NCBI GenBank assembly: GCA_010909165.1
Contig: VJWM01000303.1
Location: forward strand, 43,082 to 107,081
Direction: 5' to 3'
DNA from: Anthoceros angustus
Lineage: Eukaryota; Plantae; Anthocerotophyta
DNA: 64,000 bases
Part shown: positions 49,760-63,052 of the stretch, one piece after another
Layout: every line of letters begins with the position of its first letter
Numbering within the stretch: the stretch's first letter is position 1
Translations under genes and position numbers: made by a program
The notes under the pieces: generated by a model
Database searches by the model: none
Told to the model about the DNA's origin: nothing
Seen by the model: the letters and a program-made list of their open reading frames with translations, nothing else

Positions 49760-52700
49760 GAAGTCAACAAGCACAATGCCAGCAATATGGGAGATTTGGG
49801 AGAAGCAACAAGGTGAGATGCCGAGGCTTTTGTGCAAACTTTTGAACATATGACTCATGCGAATTTGGAAGCCTCTCGTGGATTGTCTCCAAAATTTTCC
49901 TAGAGTACTTCGAGGTCATGCCCAGCAGTGGTATAGTCACACGATGGAGCTGCATCACCGGTTGGTTGGGATGATTTGGAGAGCTGTATCTTTGAACCGG
50001 CTTTGTGGCTTAAGCTATGCACATCACACGCTGGTCCGGTTGAGGACTCTGCGAAGAAAGAGGAGGGAGTCTTTATATGCTTACATAGAGGAGAGAGTAC
50101 CACCACGGCCGCCAGAAGGATGTAGCCTTCTGCAAAAGCAAGGCCTATGGTATGACCTTTCTTGATAAAGGTTTGGGAAAACAGTGTAGGAAGGAGTTAG
50201 AGGGAACGTGTGTAGATCCACGTGCCATAGACCTAGAATGTGGTAAGGTGTGAAGATTTCTAAGTGTAGAGGAGATGGTAGAGTTTAAGAAGGTGCAGGG
50301 AAGAGCATGAGAATGCAGGTTTCATTTTTCATTGGCGGAGAGCGACTTGAGGCCAGATGACCGATTTCCGAGGAGTTGGTTGCCACTGGGTTGAAGGGGA
50401 GGACGTGAGCATGTTGTAGACGGCCTAAGGATTGATCAGCAAGTCTTGTTGCCAGAGAGGTCAAATGAGCAAGAAGGAGCGCGTTGTGCGGGAAAAGTTG
50501 CAGACAACTGGAAATCGAGAGGATAAAGGCGCCAGCATGGGCGGAGGAGGAGGCTGGAATGCTCCTCAAGGGTGAGCAGTCAGGGCTGCAAGTGGAGGCC
50601 ATCACGATGGCAAAGAAAGCAAAAGCGGACATGAGAGCACTTTTGAGCGAAGGCGCCCCACTTGGCGAGGTCAAGCCAGGCGCCATGAGGCCGCAGGAGG
50701 AGAAGGCCCTAGGGAGGTGGACACGCCAGAGGGCGAAGGAGGAGATGCGCTTCATGAAAGTTTGAGCGAAGCAGAAGGGAGAGTTGGCGGTCTGTGGGCA
50801 ATCACTCAAAATTCGACCATGGAGGTGCAGCAAGGCGAGGAGGTCGCCATGGGAGCGCGATCTGGACCTGGACATGAGGCTAGGCCAACAAGAAGGGAGG
50901 AAATCGGAACTTGGTCGGAAAGGGAGCTTGCCAACGGACTGCAAGCTAGAAAACTTGCAGCATTGGCAAAGCAGGGAGGAAACGGTTTTGTGAATGAGGT
51001 TGAGCATGCCGTCGTGGCAACGACGTCTGGGTCTGCTGGTAAGCGAGCTAGCAGGAGGCCACGATGGTGGCAAGGATGATGGAGAAATTGCGAAGAAATC
51101 GCAATTTGGAGGAAGGAGAAGTGGCACACAAAAATGGTGTGCTGAGGAGCTGTGTGCGCTAGAGCCCAGGAGCGAGGATGGCTCTATGGTGATGTGTATG
51201 AAGGAGGATTGTGGAGAAATCACACCTCAAGATATGCTTGCTTGGAATTGCAAGAAGGAGGCGACCAATTCACGGTCGATTGCGGAAATTGTTGCCGAAG
51301 CAGCGTAAGGAGATCGCTGCTAGAGCGCGATCTAGGGCTAGACATGAGTCTAGAAGGTCGGGAGATGGTGTACCAGCGATGCAGTCCACGAGCACGATAC
51401 TGTGCATCGGCGTGAGAAGCTAGTTTTGTGAGCCGAGTTGAAGGCGGGGTTGTGGCCACACCAACATCCCGGTGAACAAGCTAGATGGAAACAAGCAAGG
51501 CGTGGCTGGCCTAGAGGCTGAAGAGCAAGTCTTGATGCCGTTAGAAAGCCAAGGATCCGTGAAGGGAGTTTTGTGCAGGAGATGCTACAACCTAATGAAT
51601 TGGGGATTCTGAGCGAGGAGAAAGGGTGAGCAGTCAAGAGGGCTGCAAGTGGAGGCCACGAAGTTGGCAAAGGGAGAAGAGAAAACGGAGAAATCGCGGA
51701 GGGACTCCCACACATGGCGTGTGTGGGAAGCGCGTATGATGGAGCCTCGGAGTAGGGACGGCTCGAGGATGGTGTGCATGGAAAGGAGCGGTGAAGAAAC
51801 TGCGATCCAAGGGGAGCTTGCAGGAAAACTGCAGGAAAAGGAATTGGCGAATTCATGGGCGGCCAAGGAAGCCACTTTTGTGGAGGTACGGCATGTCGAG
51901 AGTATTGTCGTAGGAGCGCGAGCTAGCTCGGGCCAGGAGCCTAAGGTTATCATGGCAGGACCACTGCTGCAAGAAGAGCAAGTTGACGCACTGCAGGCGT
52001 GGATACCTGCAGCGCCGTCGATGCAAGGAGCAAGCGCGTCCACGGGTCATAATGTACATGGGGCTGCGGCCACAGTCCCTGTGTCCGTCGGTGGGCGAGG
52101 TAGTAGGAAGTGGCGAAAAGTGCATGGGAAGAGGAGGTTAGAACGTGAAGGACTCCCATGTCCACGTTATTGAATGGTGAGGTATGAAATTTCTTGGAGC
52201 ACGGAATCATGCTGGATAGTTTGTCTAGGGAAGGGCGTGCTGTCTTTCTCCCTAGAGCTGTGCCTTATTGTCTAAGAGATGGGGTCTTATACAAGCTTGG
52301 TTTGGATGAGAAGATCCGACGTTGTTTGAAGGGAAGGAAGCTTCTCTTCTTAAAGAAGCTTTGCATGCAGAAGAGGTTGGAGGCCATTATTCAGTGTAAA
52401 TCACGGTGAAGAAGATCTTAGATGCAGGCATTGTGGGCTTACAGGACAGCGGAGAAAGTGACTCCATATTATTTAACGAATGATGCCCATTGAATTTGAA
52501 GTACCTACCTATAGAATCATGGAGGATGAATGCATGACTGTAGAGGAGCGGGAAGTTAGACTAGAGTCTTTCATAGAGCATGAGGAACGTAGGGAAGAGG
52601 CTTTAGAAGAAACTCAGCGAATTCAGGAGCTTAGAAAGGATAGGCATGATGGGAAGTTGAGGAAGCAGGAAGCTATCATGGCCGGGGATTTGGTTCTTCT

Positions 52701-52890
52701 ATATGATAGCCGATATATGGACTTCCCAGGGAAGCTTAGGTTGAGATGGATGGGACCTTACGAGGTGGTGGCAGTGTATGAGAATGGATCCGTGCAACCA
52801 CGCAGCCGGATGGGGATTTGCGCAACTAGAGTGAATGGGTGGAAGGTTAAGTACCCTTTGAGATATTGTTTGCGAGGACGCAAACAGTGA
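49760..52890 (+). pseudogene. pol: Second, internally deleted Ty3/gypsy copy: gag capsid fragment, RNase H end, long linker, integrase lacking core
   Basis: FPRVLRGHAQQWY...RESLYAYIEE gag; 50300-52890 parallels 46790-48730; ORF 52480-52890 is an integrase C-terminus (FPGKLRLRWMGPY, VNGW). Confidence 0.8.
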
Positions 52891-52901
52891 GGAGGGGAGT
52901 A

Positions 52902-54928
52902 TGTGGAACGCAAAAGTTTGGGCAACTAGCTTAAATGAGTTTGCTTTGAACAGCTCTTTTGCTAGAAATGGTTTGGTGAAGACATGCAAGGAAATTTTTG
53001 CTCCTTTTGAGCGGGAGTTGTAGGACCATGTCGGAAGGCAGAGGATATGCAGGAAAAGAAACGGGTCAAAACGACCTCTGGTGAGGAGAAAAGGTAACCT
53101 ACATGAGTGGTAGGAGGTGTCCCCTACCGTAGGAGAAACTCCTACCATGGTCGAGGGTAGGAGAGATCCTACCACCGTGAATGACCTGCTAGTGTTTTGA
53201 TCACCTACCGGTGTAGGAATAGCTCCTACCATGGTAGGAGAGGGTAGGAAGGTATCCACCGTGGAGTGACTCCTACCGTGGTAGGAGAAAGGGAAAACGC
53301 CTACCATGGTAGGAGGTGTCCTACCACGGTGGAGAGGTTGCTAAGGAAAGTAGCTTATGTTTTAGGCAGGATAGGCTTGCTATATAGAGTCTTTAGTGGA
53401 CTAGATAAATAGGCCAAAATAGGTAATTAAGAAATTAGAGGCTAATTTTCAGAATTAGAAATTAGAAAAATAGGGAAATGGTATTTTAGTATAAGAATTA
53501 GGAAACTAACATCAATGGTGGGAAAGGGCCACGTGGCACACATCCAAGGGCAGGATAGAATGGTAGTTACTTTTCTAACCCTTGGGTGACTTATAAAAGT
53601 GGCTGCAGTGCTGCAGGAGGCCACAACTCGAAACTTGAAGGAGGCGGCCTCACGCGCCGCCACCTCAAGCTGCCCAAGGCCCCCCATACAGCAACGCCCG
53701 TGCCTTGAGGAGGAGAAGGAGGCGCAAGCTCAACAAGGAGGCGAAAATCCAGCGCCCAAGAGAGGAAGAAGGAGGAAGAAGAGAAGGGAGAAGAAGGTTG
53801 GGCAACCCAACACTTGCCAAGCTCGTGAGGGTGCCTAGGAGGGTGGAGCGTGGCAAGATTGCTAGGAAACCGTGAAGGAAGTCTAAATTGCTGTGGCGGT
53901 GTAAGAGTCCGTGGGGAATTTTGGTGAGCTTTCTCTTGCGAGAAATCGGGTTTTGGGACGCCAAGGTGTAAGGCTGCAGGAGGAGAGCAAGGGCAAGGAC
54001 CTTTGAGCTGTGAGCAAATCGAGGAGGAGGAGAAACGTTTGCAAGGATAGGAAGTGGCAGTGCCGCTTGCAGAGGCATCACTTTTCTTCAATTTCGCAAG
54101 TACTAACCAAGGAGGCCATGACCAAGCCTACCATGACCAAGGGCAAGGAGGTAGTAAGGAAGGAGCGTCCACCAAGGAGGTGGCGCAGGAGCGGCAAGAG
54201 GTCTAAGGCGGGAGGATCGGACTGAGGGTGGAAATTTGACATGCCCTTATTACGTGCTATGCAGGCCATCCTCTAGAGACCTTTCGGACTTTCGACCTTG
54301 GGCAGCAGAGGAGAATATTCAGCTAGAGTGGGTGTATGGGCATTGGTCTTACACCAACCTTGAATTGATAGAGAGTGTTTTGCTAATTTGCAGCAGACGG
54401 AAGAGGAATTGGCCGCCTTACCGGATAGGGGCAGGATCCACGTGTTGGACCGTGAGCATACGCCGGTATATGGCAGCCGGATAGCGGATAGCGGAATCAC
54501 GTTGATGGAAGGAACGAGGAGGCAAGCGTGCATCAACGGCGGATCTTCCCAAGGGAGCCCCACTTATGCAAGGGGCATGAAGGCTAAGAAGAACGGTTGG
54601 CGACGGACCAAATCTTGGAGCCCAAGTGGAGATTGTTCACAAGAATTGTTTTGGGCTTGGTGAGCAATCCAAGGGTGTCATATTTCAGCACTACCTTCCT
54701 CCATTTTCTATGGAAGATCACTCAAGGAGCGAAGCGGATTGGGGCTCATCATGTATGAAGCATACACCTACCACCGAAAAGTTCGAAACCCAACGCGTCG
54801 GATGAACACCGGCCATGCTATCTTAGCACTTATCTAGTGCATTTGTGGGAAGTAGAGGGCTACTCACAAGTAAGGAGTTGGATGATTCCAAGCATCCCTT
54901 TAACATATACTTGCATTAGAGAGGACAG
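52902..54928 (+). repeat. Family-B LTR 5' portion containing an accessory ORF (from ~54118); left arm of inverted repeat
   Basis: Starts TG after the PPT; TATA-like cttataaaag at ~53590; near-identical inverted copy at 55158-57238. Confidence 0.75.
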
Positions 54929-57238
54929 ATCAGGGTCCCAAACCACGTGAGAAACCTCCCACCCTTGTGGCGGATTCACACCATGGTAGGATCTATCCTA
55001 CCTTCCATCTCCGCATCCTCTGCGGTCCAAACTTCAAATCCCCTACAACTTCTCCTTGCAAGTCCTCCTGCACATCCTCGGCCTATCTTTTGGAGGATTC
55101 CTTCCACAATAATGTCGGTGGTCTGCGGCACCTCCTTTCGCAAAGCACCAAGCACTCCTGTCCCTCTCGTGTAAGTACACAATGTTAAAGGGATGCTTGG
55201 AATCATCCAACTCCTTACTTGTGAGTAGCCCTCTACTTCCCACAAATGCACTAGATAAGTGCTAAGATATAGCATAGTATCTTCATCCAAGCGTTGGGTT
55301 TTTAACTTTTCCGGTGGTAGGTGTATGCTTCATACATGATGAGCCCCAATCCGGCTTCGCTCCTTGAGTGATCTTCCATAGAAAATGGAGGAAGGTAGTC
55401 TTTGAAATATGACACCTTGGATTGCTCACAAGCCCAAAACAATTCTTGTGAACAATCTCCACTTGGGCTCCAAGATTTGGTCCGTCCAGCCGTTCTTGGA
55501 CTTAGCCTTCATGCCCCTTGCATAAGTGTAAGGGCTCCCTTGGGAAGATCCGCCGTTGATGCAGCTTGCCTCCACTCGTTCCTTCCATCAACGTGATTCC
55601 GCTATCCTCGCTATACTGCCATATACTATGCTCCTTACGGTCCAGCATCGTGGATCCGTCCGTGCGTTCCTATCCGGTAAGGCAGCCAATTCCTCTTCTG
55701 CTGCTGATTAGCAAACACTCCTCTATCAATTCAAGGTTGGTGTAAGACCAATGTCGCCCATACACCCACTCTAATGAATATTCTCCTCTGCCCTGGTCGA
55801 AAGTCACGAAGGTCTCTAGAGGAGCTGGCCACATAACGTAAATAATGGCATGTCAAATTTCCACCCTCGGTCGATCCTCCACCTTAGACCTCTTGCTCCT
55901 CTCTCCTTGGTGGACGCTCCTTCCTTAGCTACTACCTCCTTGCCCTTGGTCATGGTAGGCTTGGTCATGGCCTCCTTGGTTAGTACTTGCAGAAATTGAA
56001 GAAAAGTGATGCCTCTCCACCATTCCTGCGGCACCGACTTCTTATCCTTGCAAGCGTTTCTCCTCCTCGGTGATTTGCTCTTGCTCACAGCTCAAAGGTC
56101 CTTGCCCTTGCTCTCCTCCTGCAGTCCTTACACCTTGGCGTCCCAAAAACCCGATTTCTCCTGCAGAAAGCTCAACAAAATTCCCCACGGACTCTTACAC
56201 GGCAATTTAGGAGCCCTTCCTTCACGGTTTCCTAGCAATCTTGCCACGCTCCACCCTCCTAGGCACCCTCACGAGCTTGGCAAGTGTTGGGTTGCGCCCC
56301 AACCTTCTTCTCCCTTCTCTTCTTCCTCTTTTCCTCCTTCTTCCTCTCTTGGGCGCTGGCGGTTCGCCTCCTTGAGCTTGCCCTCCTTCTCCTCCTCAAG
56401 CAGGCGCGTGTGCGGTAGCGTTGCTGTATGGGGGCCTTGGGAAGCTTGAGGTGTGGCGGGCCTTCTGCTGGTAGTCTCCTCAAGTTTACGAGTTGTGGCC
56501 TCCTGCGCACTGACCACTTTTATAAGTCACCCAAGGGTTAGAAAAGTAACTACCATTCTATCCTGCCCTTGGATGTGTGCCACGTGGCCCCTCACCATTG
56601 ATGTTAGTTTCCTAATTCCTTATACTAAAATACCATTTTCCCTATTTTTCTAATTTCTAATTCTGAAAATTAGCCTCTAATTTCTTAATTACCTATTTTG
56701 GCCTATTTATCTAGTCCACTAAAAGACTCTATATATAGCAAGCCTATCCCTAAAACATAAGCTACTTTCCTTAGCAACCTATCTCCTACTGGTGTAGGAC
56801 ATCCTCCTACCATGGTAGGCGTTTTTCTCCTACCACGGTGGGAGTTTCTCTGACGGTGGGATACCTTCCTACCCTCTCCTACCATGGTAGGAGCTATTCC
56901 TACACTGGTAGGTGATCAAAACACTAGCAGGGTCATTCTCCTACGGTGGTAGGATCTCTCCTACCCTCGTCTACCATGGTAGGAGTTTCTCCTACGGTGG
57001 TAGGACACCTCCTACCACTCATGTAGGTTACCTTTCTCTCCTCGTTTGACCCCGTTTGTCGTTTTGACGTTTCTTTTCCCCTGCATATCCTCTACCTTCC
57101 CGACATGGTCCTACAACTCCGCTCAAAAGGAGCAAAAATTTCCTTGCATGTCTTCACCAAACCATTTCTAGCAAAGAGTGTGGGCTGTTCCAAAGCAACT
57201 CATTTAAGCTTGTTGCTCAAACTTTTACGTTCCTGACA
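54929..57238 (-). repeat. Family-B LTR 5' portion, inverted; right arm of inverted repeat plus ~230 bp further ORF sequence
   Basis: Reverse complement of 52902-54928 from 55158 to 57238; strong homology ends at the LTR-initial TG. Confidence 0.8.
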
Positions 57239-57445
57239 TATACTTCTCCTATGCCCCAGTGTTAGTTTAAGAGGTGTTACGGTATATGTATACCTTAAGT
57301 TAAACCTAACGTTAGTTGCCAGTGGACTAGTTAGGCTGACATGTGAATAGTCACATATGAAGTACTTAAACAATTTTTGTATTCAATTAACATCATTATC
57401 AACAATCAAGTTCAGCGTCTCTACCGTTCCTTCATGAAGAGTCTT

Positions 57446-58620
57446 GGCGCGATTGCTAGATGATGGGAGGAATCAGGGCGCCACCCCGCGGAGCAGGAGG
57501 AAGGGGCAGATTCAATCCACAAAGGACGCGTCACTATCCCAGCAGGGTAAGGACTAGATATGGTCAAAGACCATAAATGATGAGAGAAAGAATAGAAAGG
57601 ACAGGTGATGTAGGCTGACATCCTTCGAGGATGAACTTAGGTGAAGTTGCTAGAGTAGAATTTACCTAGGATCAGACAGTAGACTTAGATGCCAGGCCTT
57701 AAATACTGGTGGTAGGAAATAATAAAATATTGGGAAAGGTGGCCTGCAACAGGGTCGCCCATGGGAGGTTGTATGTGGAAGACCTCCTATAAGAGGAGGA
57801 GGATTTCACAAGGTAAAGTATCACGTCTTGCGCTTCCATACTCGCGAGTCCTTTGCCCTTGTAAAGGAATTTCGCCGTGAGCCAACGCAGTCATTCGGGT
57901 AGAGAGGAAGTCGCGGTGGTCTGAGTGCTTGGTGGAGGCTTGCTCCGCAAGTGCCTAAACGAGTTGCTTGTGAATGGTTGCCGTGGAAATTGCTTTGCTT
58001 TGGGTGTGTGGCAATGCCTGTGGAACTCTCGGCTTGAGGGTAGACTATGTGAAAGACTGGAGGTTCTCACTGCCTCGTGTCAAACTCATAGCAACCGCCC
58101 AAGGAAGAACTTGCCGGTGGAGGCCGACCTGTAGTTGTGCCAGGGCGAGCCGAGGCCAAGAAGTGAATCGAGGTTAGAATAGGAGGAAGAGGAGGAGATG
58201 AGTAGAGGATTAGAGTGTAGGTGTTAGTGAAGGCGTGTGAGCCTAAGGGACGAATCCCAAATGCAAGTAAAGGGCCCCGAGTGGAGAAGATTGGTCTTAG
58301 AAGTAGGGACGAAATTGCGGTGTGGATCTGGGGGTCCTGGGCCCGTGATAGGCTCTCAAGGCAGGACCCGCAATTGGGTGTCGCTGTAGGTCGAGGATTG
58401 GTGATTTTTCTGAGCAAAGGCAAGTGGTGCACTGTAAGAGGGTGAGTAGAGGGCGCCTTGCTTGTTTAGAAGGTCGAGAAGTTGTGTCTCCGCAGTAGCG
58501 ATTTGCTATCACAAGACCGAACTTTCACACGAGTCTCATGGGACGAAACCCAACGTAAGCGAGACAAGTGATAAGTGGCTACCAGAGGGGGAAGCCTCAG
58601 CCCCGGGTTTTCCTACCACA
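57446..58620 (+). repeat. 3' portion of long LTR, direct repeat of 5344-6599
   Basis: High similarity to 5344-6599; ends CCTACCACA. Confidence 0.75.
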
Positions 58621-61600
58621 GAGGCGCACTGACACAAGTAAATTCGACAAAGGACCTGCAGTTCAAGAAATTACTTGAATACAAGTACCAATGCTCCATT
58701 ATTATGCATGCGTGAGGAATAAATTCAATTTGCTGCATTTAACAATGTCATAACATTGAGATTGAAAATATTCAGACCGCCAAGCCTCCGGCAGCAGAGT
58801 AGCCCCATCAAGATGAAGAGTATTCATCTAGGCCCCGAGATAAGATATCCGGTTTGTCCGCAACCAAGAATCGAGCGTGGAGGGCCCATTGGCGAGGCGC
58901 ATCAACTATGCCAAGTAGACTATAAGACCGAACGATCCGCTACCATATTTCAAACTTAGTGCCGCGAGGAAAATCGATGTCACATCATATAATTGATGAT
59001 GGAAGGAGGGGAGTGGCAAGAATAATCAAGCTCTTAAATAGAAGTAGATAGATATATTGCTAACCCAAAGTTATGACAAGAAGCTAAGAAGTCTTCAAAT
59101 ATACAACAATGCTTGAATCAGCAAATCGTGACTTTGATAAAGGTCCAAGGCCAATGGTGAAAGGGGAGAGATCATAAGGGACCGATCCGCGATCACTAGA
59201 GCATATGAGTGTTGGAATCGCAAGTGGAGACAAATCCTCGTAGAGCCGTGATGATCCCGGTGATGACACTCCCTGAAATAGGAGCAAAGAGTATAGTGTT
59301 TCGTAAAAATAGCCACGGCAATGTCGCGATTGAAGGCGAGGACAAGGGCCGCTTGATTGCAAGCCGGAATAGTTTAGATGAAGCGCGCTATAAAGAGTTG
59401 GCGAGCCACTATAAGTCATGTCCGGGCCGAGGAGGCACATCGACGCGCGATCCCGGTGTACCAAAGGATTAAAAGGGCATGAAATGGGGGAGGTTCCTGC
59501 AGAAGAAACTGAGTTCGTTTAGTACACCAGCACTCAAATGAAACCTTTTGTTTTGGCCATAGTAATCCTCAGACGCTCCGGTGACGGCACACGTGATACA
59601 GCGAGGGCGAAAACTGTGAGCATCGACCGACGCCTGATCCGATCCGGCGTCAATTAGCTAGGTGCCGTACGCCGGGGTGCGCAAACCCACCTGCGATGCA
59701 AGATTACCGGCCAAATGAGACTGAAACCCAAGTCTTGGATGCCCAGAATCTAAGAATCATTCGATTGAACTTGAGCTCTAAGTAGGAATCGACCGCCGAT
59801 GATTGGCCAAGAAGTGCAAGCAGAAATGTTGATGAGGCATGCCGCCATCAAAGTAGAGCAATCGCTCAAATTTTGGTCGATAATCCGGCAGAAAGGTAGA
59901 CCCGCAGGAGATATTAGCTTGTGAAGCACTAAGGAAATGAAGCGCCCTAATCTCCATGATGGGTCTCACTCTCGGTCCAAATCTAGAGGAAGGCAAGAAG
60001 ATCCTCAATTGCCGATAAGAAGTCCCTTTAACCGAGAATCTGAGGAAGCATGAGAAGGCTATCCGTCAAATTGTAAGGCGATCTTTCATCAAGTGAATAG
60101 TTGATCGACTTAACTTCTCATGGATTGCCCAACATGATAAATACATCTTCTTATTTAAGCTAGTAGGTGATCGATCATATTTGTGACCTTTTTAGATAGT
60201 GAAGAAGAGGAAGTGTAGTTGGAGTGTGGAGTCGGGGTGAACTCTATGATGCCGAAAGGATGATGATTGATCTTGCTAGATACATCCCCACAATGGCCGC
60301 AATAGACTAGAGTGGGAACTATTTGACCAATGTCCTTTAGATAGATGAGATGTCAAAGCTTGAGTCTTTGTTGGAATTGCAACCAATTGTCGAGTTGATG
60401 TTGATGAGAGGTAGGTGTTCTCACATAATGCCAGTCAACCCGAATGTTAATCCTAATTTTGAAGATTCCTAAATGAAAAACCGCCTTGAATTCTGTAGTA
60501 CGAACCTATTGTTATGATTAAGTCTTCTAATTAGTATTGTGGTGTCTTGGCCATTGTTTGAGGATCACGAAGACACAAAGAACAAACAAATGTTCAAGGA
60601 ATGAACATAATAGAGTGCTAAAAACTGTTATGAAAGAGACACATACAAATCACTAGATAAAGGAGAGGATAGTAAAATTCATAGCAAACATATTTAAAAG
60701 AAGGTTTTGGGTGACAAGTTTTGATAAAATAACCAATATAACTTAAATGATTTAATTATAGTATTCAAAACCTGGCAGGGCGAATACGTAAAATGCATTT
60801 TAGAAAATGCTTAGAGAACCTTCTCAATCCAACTTTGAGGTGGTTTGTGGGCGTTTGATCAAGATTAGTGCTTTACTAATTGATACGATTGATTCTGAGG
60901 GTGAGCTTGATAGCGAAAAAGAAGAGTTGTCTCTCTTGATGCTGTAAAGCGGAGGAAGCGGTAACCATAATCAAGCCGATGCACTTCCGTACGAAAATCC
61001 TTGCGGCTAGGCATCCCAGAGAACAAGGACTTGCTCAAAGGATCTTGTCATTGATTATAATAATAGAAAACATAATATTTGTGTAAGTAGTGTTTATAGG
61101 ATGTTGTACGAATAATGATTAAGTTATAATGAAACTTCTAGCTAAAATTAAATAGTTTTAATTTCTAAAAACCTATCAATATACTTAAAAATCTAGGACT
61201 TAGTATACTAAACAATGTGTCTGGTCGATTTGAGCATGTTAATATCAAGTCTCCTTGGGAGTAGCCTTCAAGGCATCAGAGTGATTTCTTTTGGGCAATG
61301 TATTAAACCTGCTGCCACACCCATGCTCCCTAACTTGATGAAATATTTAACTATTAATCTTCAGCTCCAAATCCCTTTTGTCATGTTGAAGGTCAGGAAT
61401 GAAGAACTAGGCATCATGGCAGTGGTACTTAAGACGTGGGGACGGAGACATTCAATGGGAGGTGATTGTCATAATATAGAGGACTTTGCTATGCTCACTT
61501 TCGACGAAAGGGCGAGGTGTGTGAGGCGAGGCAATTTGGCTATTATCTTCGAGAGCTAGTACCTCGTCAGTTCTCTTTTCGCCTAAAGATCTACCACACA

Positions 61601-63052
61601 TGTGGCGATGTTCACCATGGAAGTGATGGGTGTTGTCCCATCTCGATGAAGTCTTGTAACTTAAAAATCTAACTTACGTTTCTACCTTCATTTCTCGAGG
61701 TTCATGAAAATAAAGTAATAAAGTAATGTAACTGGCACTAAGAGTTGAAACTAAGCATATTTGACATATTCCAAGCCTTGATTCTCATGTTTGCATATTC
61801 TCCCATCATTGCGTGTGCCAACTACTAGGGACTACAACATTATGAAGTAGGAATCTACTTAATAAATTTTTTTGTCATCAGGTTCAACTCCTGACACTTG
61901 TGGCATAAAGCCAACTTCCGTCTACAATGCATTGATAGGTTGAAGTTGGTATCGGTGGCTTACTCCTAATAAATTGAAGCAATCTCTTGAACAACTCTAC
62001 ATTGCAAGGAATATGCAAGTTGCCTTTTTGAAGAAAGCCAAACTCAACCTCCATATAGTCTAATAAGGGCCTGAACAAGGCATGGTTGAGCTCGTCCATT
62101 GAAGAAACCTTCATCCCCACCTCCACAACTATGTACCCTTTCATATGCTTTCTTTTCCATTGCTATCCTCATCACATGCATTTTCTAGACCGCGGTGATA
62201 CTCTAAACTACAAAGATATCAGCGGTGCTCATGGGGCTATCATTGTGTTTCTCTATTTTCGCCATATATACAAACAACTCAACATGAACCATTTCATCCA
62301 ATTTCAATACTACTCCATGGGAGAGTAGTTTGTAATGGTTTGTTTGAATGTGAATTGAGAGTGGTGAGCCTTTTAATTGGATAAGCCGCCTTTTTTCCTC
62401 TGGACTTGGTAAAAAGCATAGACAACGCCATAGCAGGATATCTCCGCATGGTATTCGACCTTCCTCCATAATCGCAAGAAGAGGCATGGCTCGAATCTAT
62501 TGCCTTCTCGTTATTTGTAGCTTGCGCATATGCGATATATGGCCTTCTCCTACAAGCGCTTCCCTTAGTAGGTAGCTACATACTTAGGACCATAGGACAA
62601 GAAGGGCTAGGTGTATGTAGCGGTGATTTTGATTATGCACGAAAGTCATGATGAGAATTAAGGACAAGCTCAAAGGATCTTAGGGTTGATTATCATAATA
62701 AAAAGTACATAATATTTATACAAAGTATATGGTTATAGAACTAACATTTGTAGAAAGGGTTTCTCAGAAGCAAGGAGTTATGGCTAAATCATCGTTTTGG
62801 TAGAATGTGCATTATTTTTTGTTTAGGCAAGGTGTTTGCTAACTTAAAGTGTTGATCACACCCTCACCTTATTCATTTGGTCCTGTACCAGCATCCATGG
62901 GTGGACACGCAATTTGAAGGGGTGAAAATTGAGGATCGTGTGGCCATGATGGTGGAAGAGGAGGAGGAGGGCGAGTAGCTCTCATTGGGATCTGAGGTGT
63001 TCATCGCCGACTCCGGGCTCCACAAGAAGCCCACAGGAAGGAGCACGAAGAA

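Noticed and set aside
50285-51223. Longest ORF-track entry (312 aa, minus strand)
   Set aside because: Ser/Pro/Leu-rich antisense shadow of the purine-rich pol linker; no motifs.
53095-53335. CRISPR-like array
   Set aside because: Repeats are short, degenerate and irregularly spaced, in a eukaryotic LTR with no cas genes.
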